IMG/VR virus record: IMGVR_UViG_3300032300_000824
Coordinates: 1-64,000 of that record
Origin: a virus
Lineage: Duplodnaviria > Caudoviricetes
Strand: one strand, 5' to 3'
Length of the DNA stretch: 64,000 bases
A program made the translations under genes and the position numbers. Positions 40,259 to 48,235 of the stretch are shown piece by piece (position 1 is the stretch's first letter; every line of letters starts with the position of its first letter). The notes beneath the pieces are model-generated. The model did not search any database, was not told the DNA's origin, and saw nothing but the letters and a program-made list of their open reading frames with translations.

Positions 40259-41446
40259 ATGACCACACCAGTTCCGAGTTTTACTCCTACTATCCAAGTC
40301 ATTGCTGGTACTCCACCCAATACTCCGACTAAAACATCTACACCTACACCTACACCTACAAAAACTCAAACAAAAACCCCGACCAGTACTCCTACACAAA
40401 CACCAACGAGTACAACAACCCCCTCTAATACTGTTACAAGTTCTCCTACGCCATCTAATACATCAACATCTAACAAAGTTTACATTTGTACGACCAGGAC
40501 TAATACCCCTACTGTATCTTTTAGTCAAACACCAACCCAAACTCTTACTCCTACTCAAACCCCAACTAATAGCAGAACCCCAAGTAAAACTCCTACATCA
40601 ACTAAGACCCCAACTAAAACTTCAACATCAACTCCAACAACAACACCAACACCCAGCCAAACCAGTACTGTCACGCCGAGCCAGACCCCAACACAAACCC
40701 CAACTAACACTACAAGCAACACTCCAACACCAACTAATCTACCGATTTTATATTTTACGGGGCCAAAATTAGCTGAGGGTGAAACTAATCTTCAATTTAA
40801 AGGGAGGTTTACTTTTAGGCCAACAGGAAACGAAAACGGTCCTGTCAAATGGGAAGGAGATAAACTAGAAGGAATTGGTAAACTTTTAGCATTAGATGAT
40901 GCTGGCCGACCCACAACACAAGAGCTAGATAAAACATACGGAGTAATAAATGATTCTATTAATATTGATCCAAGCTTAGCAATTGCTCCTGATTACGAGG
41001 TATCTGTTGAATTGAGGTGGCCTATTAAGTGTCAGCCAGTGGGTATTTTAAAGATACCATTTACTGTAGAACGAAATATTCCTCCTGTTACTCCTAGTAG
41101 TACAAGGACACCAACCAGAACATCTACTAAAACACCTAGTCCCACAAGTAGTTTTACTCCATCAAATACTCAAAGTAGTACCCAGACAAAAACACCAACT
41201 CCCTCAAATAGTCCAACTATAACAAAAACACCTACTGTAACTAGTACAGCTACTATTACTGCTAGTCCAACTCCGACAAAAACACAAACCTCCTCTATTA
41301 CTCCAACACCAACAGTAACAGAAACAATCTATTATAATTGTATCATTATTTCAACACCATACCCAGACCCAATAGAATATGACGAAATGACTGAAGGTGT
41401 AGTAGTATTAGGCAGTCCAGATATAAATATAAGACCAAGGAATTAA
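40259..41446 (+). CDS. Mucin-like T/P/S-rich protein with a small central globular domain
   Basis: 395 aa, mostly TPT/TPS tracts around a ~110-aa core (PILYFTGP...PFTVER); AGGA RBS. Confidence 0.75.
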   Translation: MTTPVPSFTPTIQVIAGTPPNTPTKTSTPTPTPTKTQTKTPTSTPTQTPTSTTTPSNTVTSSPTPSNTSTSNKVYICTTRTNTPTVSFSQTPTQTLTPTQTPTNSRTPSKTPTSTKTPTKTSTSTPTTTPTPSQTSTVTPSQTPTQTPTNTTSNTPTPTNLPILYFTGPKLAEGETNLQFKGRFTFRPTGNENGPVKWEGDKLEGIGKLLALDDAGRPTTQELDKTYGVINDSINIDPSLAIAPDYEVSVELRWPIKCQPVGILKIPFTVERNIPPVTPSSTRTPTRTSTKTPSPTSSFTPSNTQSSTQTKTPTPSNSPTITKTPTVTSTATITASPTPTKTQTSSITPTPTVTETIYYNCIIISTPYPDPIEYDEMTEGVVVLGSPDINIRPRN

Positions 41447-41450
41447 TATT

Positions 41451-41870
41451 ATGAATATAGATATGACCTCTTTAGATATCTTTTGTGATTTAGAACCTAT
41501 TGGAAATAGTAAAACAGAATTTAAATGCCAGCACTGTAAAAATGTCGTTAATTATGATTTGGCGGAAACTGGGTTACCAAAAATTCCATGTATAGTCAAA
41601 CTAAGCAACCCCATTGAATCAGTGAAGTTTACTAAACCTAATATTATAGTTCGTATTAAAAATTTCCTTAAAGCTCTGTGGTCTCATTTGAGAACAGGAG
41701 CTAAGAGAACCTCACTAGAAGAAAGACAAAATAGATTAGCTATTTGTACAGGTTGTGAGTACTACGATGGAGTAGCCTGCACACAATGCGGATGTCCCAT
41801 AACGAGACATCAGCAATTTGTGAGCAAACTAGATTGGAAAAATCAAAAGTGTCCAGTTGGTAAGTGGTAA
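41451..41870 (+). CDS. Cys-rich Zn-binding protein (DUF6171-like C-terminus)
   Basis: CQHC and RLAICTGC...CTQCGC...KCPVGKW. Confidence 0.65.
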   Translation: MNIDMTSLDIFCDLEPIGNSKTEFKCQHCKNVVNYDLAETGLPKIPCIVKLSNPIESVKFTKPNIIVRIKNFLKALWSHLRTGAKRTSLEERQNRLAICTGCEYYDGVACTQCGCPITRHQQFVSKLDWKNQKCPVGKW

Positions 41871-42230
41871 TTACTTTTTCTTAGGCTTGTTGTCTGATTG
41901 AGCAGACTGATCCTTTTGCCACTTGTGCCAACCTCTTGAAGGTAGCCAGTTTCCTTCGTCATCCTTACGTCTTGGGAAAAGTGTACCACCCTTCTTGTGT
42001 TGACCAAATGACAATGTTGCTCCACAGTCGTAATTATTACAACGAAGCTCATAGTAATCATTATCATCAACATTTCTAACAACAAATCTGAAATTATTAT
42101 TGTTACAAACTCCGCACTTATCTTCACCGAAGATTTCCTGTACAGAAGCTAGTCCTTTAAAAATTTCTTTTTGTCCTTCGCCCTCAACTTCAAACTCTAG
42201 CCTATCATTAACACTATACTTAACTTTCAT
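41871..42230 (-). CDS. Hypothetical Zn-ribbon protein
   Basis: CGVC...CNNYDC; GAGG RBS before the ATG. Confidence 0.7.
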   Translation of the reverse strand: MKVKYSVNDRLEFEVEGEGQKEIFKGLASVQEIFGEDKCGVCNNNNFRFVVRNVDDNDYYELRCNNYDCGATLSFGQHKKGGTLFPRRKDDEGNWLPSRGWHKWQKDQSAQSDNKPKKK

Positions 42231-42238
42231 GATTCACC

Positions 42239-42970
42239 TCATGGTTTCCAACTCTCTGAATATCCCAAGAGACTATCGGGGATTTCATTGATGTTTTGTT
42301 GATGTTTAGATAACTCTCTTATAATAGAGACAGCATCGTCATGCATCAAGTTTTTGACATTTTTACTATCAAAACCCAAATTATTAATTAGTGCTAACGT
42401 ATCAATATTTAATCTTTTTGCCATAACATCAATAAAATTGATCTGATTATTACTAATTCGAGAAACAGAATCCCCAGTAGGATCATCTTCAATATTAGTG
42501 GCTAATTCTTCGGCTGCTACTACTTTTCGTAGCTTTAAAGCCCTTCTTAGTGCTCTACCCTCGGCTCTAGTTTCGGCAACTGCAACAGGATGATTTCTAT
42601 AAATCTTATCACAATTTCCCCAATAAACGTCAGCCGCTCCGCTTACTGTGCGATGCTGGTTTAATTCGGTAGTCTCTCCATCCAATTGATTTAAAACATA
42701 GGCCAGGGTGTGTACCACAGTGGCCCTCTTTTCGTTTGACGGGTCGGGACTTTGTACAACATCGCTGGTTGATTGAATCACTGTACAATTCAGAGCAATT
42801 TCAAAAATACGTCTTAGACCATCAGTGGTAGGATTACCATCAATTTTTTCATCTTCAGATAATAGGCCAAGAACATAGTCATTCCATTCTAGATCATTTG
42901 ATCCAATTTTTCTAAATTCTTCGTTCTTGATTTCTACAGTAGGTTCTACAGCCTTTTCCTTTTTAACCAT
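42239..42970 (-). CDS. Putative Rad52/Sak-like single-strand annealing protein
   Basis: Beta-strands followed by AVAETRAEGRALRRAL helix, resembling the Rad52-family A.T.A.KRA motif; short C-terminal helical domain; GGAG RBS. Confidence 0.45.
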   Translation of the reverse strand: MVKKEKAVEPTVEIKNEEFRKIGSNDLEWNDYVLGLLSEDEKIDGNPTTDGLRRIFEIALNCTVIQSTSDVVQSPDPSNEKRATVVHTLAYVLNQLDGETTELNQHRTVSGAADVYWGNCDKIYRNHPVAVAETRAEGRALRRALKLRKVVAAEELATNIEDDPTGDSVSRISNNQINFIDVMAKRLNIDTLALINNLGFDSKNVKNLMHDDAVSIIRELSKHQQNINEIPDSLLGYSESWKP

Positions 42971-43772
42971 TATCGTCTCCTAGTTCTATAACTCTGTTAG
43001 TTGGAAATTCAGTCTTAATTTTATCTAATTCGGATTGAAGTTTTTCGTAAATTAAAGATGCTCTTGATTTGGAAAAATCTTTGGTTTGTTTTATTCTAAT
43101 TAACAACCAACCTTTTCCTAAGATCAGTCCAGTTTTCTTATTATCATAACGAACATTTCTTTCCAAGGACTTATCACCCCAGACTGGTTCAAAGTGGGAT
43201 GGGCCATCAATCTCAATGGCCGTATTCATTGTAGGAAGAAAGATGTCGATTTGCAACTTTGTTGTTACAAGCATCTGCTCTTTATGGAATTCGGCCCTAT
43301 AACCATCAGCTAGTAGTTTTTCAAAAATGAATTTTTCTAGCTTTGATCCTAATTTACTAGCTTTTCTAACACCCTCATTGGCTTTTTGCAAAATGTTATC
43401 TTTTTCATTTTCGTCTAAAGACTCCCATGCTAATCTGGCTTTTTCTTTTCTAAGATTAACTTCTTCTTCTGATAAACTATCCCAAGCCTTTAAAACCGAC
43501 ATACCTATTTTATTTTTAGTTTCAGCGCCTCTTTCTTTACCTTTAGTCGGATGCTGATGTTTTCCAGTAGACAGGGCATTCTTTTGAGCTTCTGACTTAT
43601 TTCTAATTGCTATCTCAAATTTTTTAGCATCTCTACGAATTTTATTAGCATAAGTATTATACAAAGCTGCTATATCTGAAAAACTTTTGTTCTCTTTTAT
43701 GTATAGTTTTTCTAGAAGAATTTTTTTATTATTGTCGTCAAGGGGCGAGTACGAGTCTTTTGAAGTTTTCAT
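42963..43772 (-). CDS. Free-standing homing-endonuclease-like protein (HTH + NUMOD3-like repeats + DUF559/Vsr-like nuclease)
   Basis: LYIKENKSFSDIA (HTH), KGKERGAETKNKIG (NUMOD3-like), SKLE..IDIFLP..AIEIDGPSHF..DNKK..GWLLIRI. Confidence 0.7.
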   Translation of the reverse strand: MKTSKDSYSPLDDNNKKILLEKLYIKENKSFSDIAALYNTYANKIRRDAKKFEIAIRNKSEAQKNALSTGKHQHPTKGKERGAETKNKIGMSVLKAWDSLSEEEVNLRKEKARLAWESLDENEKDNILQKANEGVRKASKLGSKLEKFIFEKLLADGYRAEFHKEQMLVTTKLQIDIFLPTMNTAIEIDGPSHFEPVWGDKSLERNVRYDNKKTGLILGKGWLLIRIKQTKDFSKSRASLIYEKLQSELDKIKTEFPTNRVIELGDDNG

Positions 43773-44211
43773 AATTAAGTTTTTCCATTATTCCTATAGG
43801 TTGTTTATTCCAACAATTATTATATACGTTGTATATATTTGAAGTTTTAGCCACTACATTAATCTTAGTATTTTCTTCGCAAAGATTCCTAAGATCAAAG
43901 TAGTTGATGTTTGGAGTTTGTTCCCAAGGAACATCTGTTAGATAATAGTAAATTTTTTTGAGATTAGGAAAGTTTTTGCAAACATTCAAGGACTGACTGT
44001 CAAAAACCCATAATGTTCCATAAAAAAAACGACATTCTGTAATAGGTATTATGGGTAGTCCAAGTCCGCTATAATTTTTTTGGTTTGTATGAGAAAAGCA
44101 AACATACTGATTTTTGCTGTCTTGGGAGATCAAATCTGAAACGAACGAATAAATATCATTAACGTTTTGACTATCAGGCAAAAGAAAACCCATATCATCA
44201 TGCTGCAACAT
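43738..44211 (-). CDS. Hypothetical protein, possibly a degenerate GT-B N-terminal Rossmann-like domain
   Basis: Start moved to ATG 44211 (AGGA RBS). Alternating beta/alpha pattern, KIYYYLTDVPW, INVVAKT; last gene of the glyco-like cluster. Confidence 0.45.
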   Translation of the reverse strand: MLQHDDMGFLLPDSQNVNDIYSFVSDLISQDSKNQYVCFSHTNQKNYSGLGLPIIPITECRFFYGTLWVFDSQSLNVCKNFPNLKKIYYYLTDVPWEQTPNINYFDLRNLCEENTKINVVAKTSNIYNVYNNCWNKQPIGIMEKLNYENFKRLVLAP

Positions 44212-44833
44212 AGAATTCCTTTTTAATAAAATCATCAATATTTGATAATGCTTCTGAGATGTTTTCAAATGTATCCATTGTGTCTATATCAATATATCTA
44301 GCTCCGCACAAGATTGCTTCATTTTTATACAGAAAGTTTTTACCTATAATTGTTTCATAAGAAGCAAAAATAAATGCTTTTTGATATTCTAATAATGTTC
44401 CTAAGTTATAACTGTTTATTATAGAGGCGTTATTGAACATATGAATATCGCACTGATCCAAACTCAGTCTTTGCAAGATATGTTCTGGAAGTGTTTCTAC
44501 ATTGTCTAATATAATAGCACATTTATTATTTCTGGGCACACTATATGACTTAAACAGGTTTGAATTTACCACATTTAGATAGTTGTAATTATCTACTAGT
44601 AAAAAGTTATTCTCAACCATTTTTTCTTCTATAAAAGCTTTAACTGCTATGTTGTCTAGGTCTTTTTTAGATATACAAATCTTATACGGCTGTATTAGAT
44701 CATAGGCCTTAAAAATTTCTTCCACATTAATAGTATACCAGTCTATACTATCAAAATGATTGTGTGAAGACAGTTTGATATTATCTAATAATCGACTATT
44801 TGTATCAGAAAGAATAATTTTGTTTTTAATCAT
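44198..44833 (-). CDS. Degenerate glycosyltransferase (GT-B)-like protein
   Basis: C-terminal KAFIFASYETII...NEAILCGARYI resembles the GT-B 'EA...G' donor-binding segment with one Glu only. Confidence 0.4.
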   Translation of the reverse strand: MIKNKIILSDTNSRLLDNIKLSSHNHFDSIDWYTINVEEIFKAYDLIQPYKICISKKDLDNIAVKAFIEEKMVENNFLLVDNYNYLNVVNSNLFKSYSVPRNNKCAIILDNVETLPEHILQRLSLDQCDIHMFNNASIINSYNLGTLLEYQKAFIFASYETIIGKNFLYKNEAILCGARYIDIDTMDTFENISEALSNIDDFIKKEFYVAA

Positions 44834-45513
44834 ACGAAAGCTTTAAGTTTTTTAATATCTTTGATATTGTTGACTTTAGTAATTTGAGATTTGGGAATAA
44901 TAATATTTTGAAATAGTATAGATTGATCTAGTAGCTTATTTATTAGCTCAAAGAAAAACAATGTTTTAAGCTCATGAGGTAAAACAATATCTTTTACAAG
45001 ATTTAGGGTTTCTTTATTGAGGTAAATACATTCAGACCAAAGAAACGGAAGATCGTAGAACAAATACTCTGTGCTGTTTATATTATTAGAACCTATATTA
45101 AAATTTGTTTTTTTTCCACGAATATAAAAAATAGAATTATTATTTAGCTCAATACTCTTTTGAAAGTTAAACTTAGTAATTATTCCATTGTTGATAAAAA
45201 TAGCACCACTATTTGAGTTTTTATTGTTGAGATATTCAAAAACTGAAGAAATTTGTCCGTGTGTTTCATAGTTTTTATTCTCTAATATGTGAATATTTTT
45301 CTTACTAATATTTTTAGATAAAGCTATTGTTTTTTTTATTTTTTCTGACTCAAATCCTGTTAATAGATATATGCTATTATTTTTATATATTGATCTAATG
45401 AGCTCTATCTGGTATTCTATTAGTGTTCCATCTCTTAGTGGTACTAAAGACTTAGGTCCAAAAGATTTCATACCTTTGGTAATTTCTGGAATAATAAATA
45501 CTATATCAATCAT
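44830..45513 (-). CDS. Sugar-nucleotidyltransferase (LicC/GlmU-like) fold protein with degenerate signature
   Basis: IVFIIPEITKGMKSFGPKSLVPL..GTLIEYQIE..LLTGFESEKI..ENKNYET; the canonical LAAGxGxR motif is replaced. Confidence 0.65.
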   Translation of the reverse strand: MIDIVFIIPEITKGMKSFGPKSLVPLRDGTLIEYQIELIRSIYKNNSIYLLTGFESEKIKKTIALSKNISKKNIHILENKNYETHGQISSVFEYLNNKNSNSGAIFINNGIITKFNFQKSIELNNNSIFYIRGKKTNFNIGSNNINSTEYLFYDLPFLWSECIYLNKETLNLVKDIVLPHELKTLFFFELINKLLDQSILFQNIIIPKSQITKVNNIKDIKKLKAFV

Positions 45514-46240
45514 TATAAAGCACTAGATTACAATCAGGATTGTTTAGGAAAAACTTATGGCTGTCATAAAAAAGATCCAACTTATCTGATCCTAAAATCT
45601 TATAACTATCGTAGGTCATAAATAAACCATTTAAAGAATTTTTATTATACAGCCTAATTCCGTTGATGTGATTTATTACTACACTTATATGAATTTCATT
45701 AATTAGCTCATTAAGCTGATTGAAAGAATCATTTTCAGAAACATATAAAAAACACCTAGAGTTATGTTTATCTAATATGGTGTCTATGCAAGATATAAGA
45801 GATATTTGTTCATCAAGATGGGGCAATATCTTACTGGCTTTCCATGGTACTGTTACATATTTTTCAAACGCCGCTACCATGTCTCCTTCGATAGTTTTAC
45901 CAAAACAAATAATATTAGCTGGTATAAAATTTAAATTATTAACCGTGTTTATAATTTCTTCAATAGACTTATTGATACTATCAAAATTAACTATCAGAGT
46001 ATAAGATATATGGTTCTTCTTAAGAATAGCTTCTTTTAATTCTTCTTTGGTAAGATTCTCTTTGTTCTTTTGAAAAGTATCTTTTCCAAATGCGTATCCA
46101 CAGTTATAGTTTTCTATAGTATGATTATTCTTATCAAGAACAATATTAGGACTGGATATTATTTCAGGTATGGAGAAATCACACCATGTATCTTCAGAAA
46201 AAAACACACATTTATTACATTCTGTTATTTTTGATATCAT
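45506..46240 (-). CDS. Hypothetical protein: Cys-containing N-terminus plus degenerate GT2-like domain
   Basis: CNKC..C..C N-terminus; SYTLIVNF..SIEEIINTV...PANIIC resembles the GT-A N-terminal strand-helix; no DxD seen. Confidence 0.35.
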   Translation of the reverse strand: MISKITECNKCVFFSEDTWCDFSIPEIISSPNIVLDKNNHTIENYNCGYAFGKDTFQKNKENLTKEELKEAILKKNHISYTLIVNFDSINKSIEEIINTVNNLNFIPANIICFGKTIEGDMVAAFEKYVTVPWKASKILPHLDEQISLISCIDTILDKHNSRCFLYVSENDSFNQLNELINEIHISVVINHINGIRLYNKNSLNGLFMTYDSYKILGSDKLDLFYDSHKFFLNNPDCNLVLYND

Positions 46241-46623
46241 TAATAGTTTATTTTTTTAAGAGTAAGAATAGTTTCAAAATTATCCTCTATTAGCTTATAC
46301 AAGACTATATTTGGTTCTAGCGAAATTAGAAAATTTACCAACTCCATAGGGTCTGTGTAGTGTTCAACTTTCTTTAAAAGAGAGAGTCCTAGTTCAGTAT
46401 CTATATTGTTTTTACACAACTGGTCTAGAATTTTGTTGCAGTTGGTGGTCGAAATAACCAGTTCTCCATTAATTCTAATTTTTTTTAACACAGATAGTAT
46501 AGAACGAGTTTTATTTTCTGGTCTAATCTTATCAATACTACTGAGAGTAATAGCTAATTGAGAAAAATCTGCTACATTATTTAGCTCTTTTAGATCGTTC
46601 GAGTCTATATGCAAAACCTTCAT
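46240..46623 (-). CDS. Truncated/degenerate class I methyltransferase-like protein
   Basis: SSIDKI...SVLKKIRINGELVISTTN parallels the 'HVLEH...RVLKPGG.L.I..PD' segment of Methyltransf_11-type proteins; no SAM-binding GxG motif. Confidence 0.4.
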   Translation of the reverse strand: MKVLHIDSNDLKELNNVADFSQLAITLSSIDKIRPENKTRSILSVLKKIRINGELVISTTNCNKILDQLCKNNIDTELGLSLLKKVEHYTDPMELVNFLISLEPNIVLYKLIEDNFETILTLKKINY

Positions 46624-47360
46624 ATTTCTATAGCCTTCATAATTTGTTTTGAAAAGGAAGCAAAATCATAATTAGGAGTAAGTTTTTGAGTACTGTCCCA
46701 AATAATTTGTTTATTTTTGATCAAATCTCTTGTTGATAAGACTTGACATCCTACAGAAGAAGCAACAATACCGTCGATATAATTAGAAAATATTACCAAT
46801 CTATATGATGATAAATAATCTAATAAATTATCATAGTTTTCATATAACATAAAGTCAACCAAAGAGTCTGTTTTATATGACCGATTTAGACTATCTGTAA
46901 GCTCGCTAAAGATTGAGTTATTGGTGGTATTAATAAAACAAATTTTATCTTGTTGATCAACTTCTTTTTTCTTAATTTTAGGAATACTGATACTCAGAGT
47001 CTTATCAAAAATTTTACTATTATTTTGCTCTAAGTTAATCACATTGATATTTTTAAGTCTTTCTTTAATTAATAGAATATCTTCTTTTTTCATAGTAGAG
47101 ATATCCTTATGCAGAAAAAGAGTAGGCTTGCTTATTCCGTTTTGCAAGCATGAGTTTAAAAGATTATTGTCATGGATTAGTAGCTCATGGTCGTTTAAAA
47201 TAATGTTTTTTACAGTAAAGAAGTTGGATTGATAGCTATTGAATTGTATTATCTGATCTCCCATAATTTTTTCTATAAGTAGATCAAATGAAGAATTACT
47301 GCTAATATAGTGGATAAGAGAATTACGATTATTATATATTCTGTTATAGATATGATTCAT
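46620..47360 (-). CDS. Degenerate GT-B-like protein
   Basis: LLDYLSSYRLVIF...IVASSVGCQVLS matches the GT-B C-terminal segment but lacks the conserved Glu residues. Confidence 0.4.
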   Translation of the reverse strand: MNHIYNRIYNNRNSLIHYISSNSSFDLLIEKIMGDQIIQFNSYQSNFFTVKNIILNDHELLIHDNNLLNSCLQNGISKPTLFLHKDISTMKKEDILLIKERLKNINVINLEQNNSKIFDKTLSISIPKIKKKEVDQQDKICFINTTNNSIFSELTDSLNRSYKTDSLVDFMLYENYDNLLDYLSSYRLVIFSNYIDGIVASSVGCQVLSTRDLIKNKQIIWDSTQKLTPNYDFASFSKQIMKAIEI

Positions 47361-48235
47361 ATTAACTTTTCAATACCCGTATTTTTATTGGGAATAATAC
47401 CGTAAATATTCTCAGTTGTTTTAGTTTGTTGAAATTTATTGTATAATTCGTGGTGATCAAACTGAGGAGAAAAATTTTTAAATTTACTATTCTGGGTCAT
47501 ACGATAAGAAGAAGATATTAATTCTATATTGTATGAGTCATCTAGATTATGTTGTCCAATTATTCTTCTATTTTTTAGTAGACAATAATAGTATTCTAAA
47601 TCAGAAATATAAATAGAATTAATTTGCAACAAGCAATCAACAGTATTAATAACTGACATTCTATAATTATTATCTATTTTTTCAGTAATAGTAAAAAGAA
47701 TCTTACTACGGGATGGTAATATTCCAATATTTTTTTGTAGCTTATCTATCATATTTATTATCTCATCTTTTTTTTCTGATTCTATAGATAAGAATAAAAT
47801 AGTATTCTCTATGTGTTTTGTAGCTTCATAAAATATACAGATAGTGTCTTGGATAACAGAAAGATCTTCGTCTGCATTTAAAATAGCTCCAAACTTATAG
47901 TAGCTATTAAGAAGATGGTTAATTTTTATAGCATTATTATGTGGAGTAAGTGTGAGGTTGATTTTTTGAACAGGGACATTGTACTGAGTCAATATTTTTT
48001 TATGAAAATCATTAGTTACACAAATATGAGAGACTAGGTTATATCCCATAGGAATATCTAGTTTAGCAAAATGGGGCACTCTGGGGATGGATATGTTTTT
48101 ATCAAAATACCTAGAGGTATAGACATTATCAAATTCATTAAACTGAATAAGTGTTGGCTTACTTGGGATTAGTTCTTCGACTTTTTCATGCAGGGGAGAG
48201 TAGTATTGTTGTATCAGTACTAAATTATTATTCAT
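47357..48235 (-). CDS. Degenerate GT4-like protein
   Basis: HICVTNDFHKKIL, YKFGAIL, ILFLSI, INTVDCLLQI...KNRRII follow GT4 topology without the EX7E motif. Confidence 0.45.
   Translation of the reverse strand: MNNNLVLIQQYYSPLHEKVEELIPSKPTLIQFNEFDNVYTSRYFDKNISIPRVPHFAKLDIPMGYNLVSHICVTNDFHKKILTQYNVPVQKINLTLTPHNNAIKINHLLNSYYKFGAILNADEDLSVIQDTICIFYEATKHIENTILFLSIESEKKDEIINMIDKLQKNIGILPSRSKILFTITEKIDNNYRMSVINTVDCLLQINSIYISDLEYYYCLLKNRRIIGQHNLDDSYNIELISSSYRMTQNSKFKNFSPQFDHHELYNKFQQTKTTENIYGIIPNKNTGIEKLI

Noticed and set aside
1142-40772. Alternative-frame L/Q/H-rich plus-strand ORFs (1142..1459, 16468..16734, 22803..22988, 40302..40772)
   Set aside because: Frame-shifted readings of the same T/P tracts; no evidence for programmed frameshifting.
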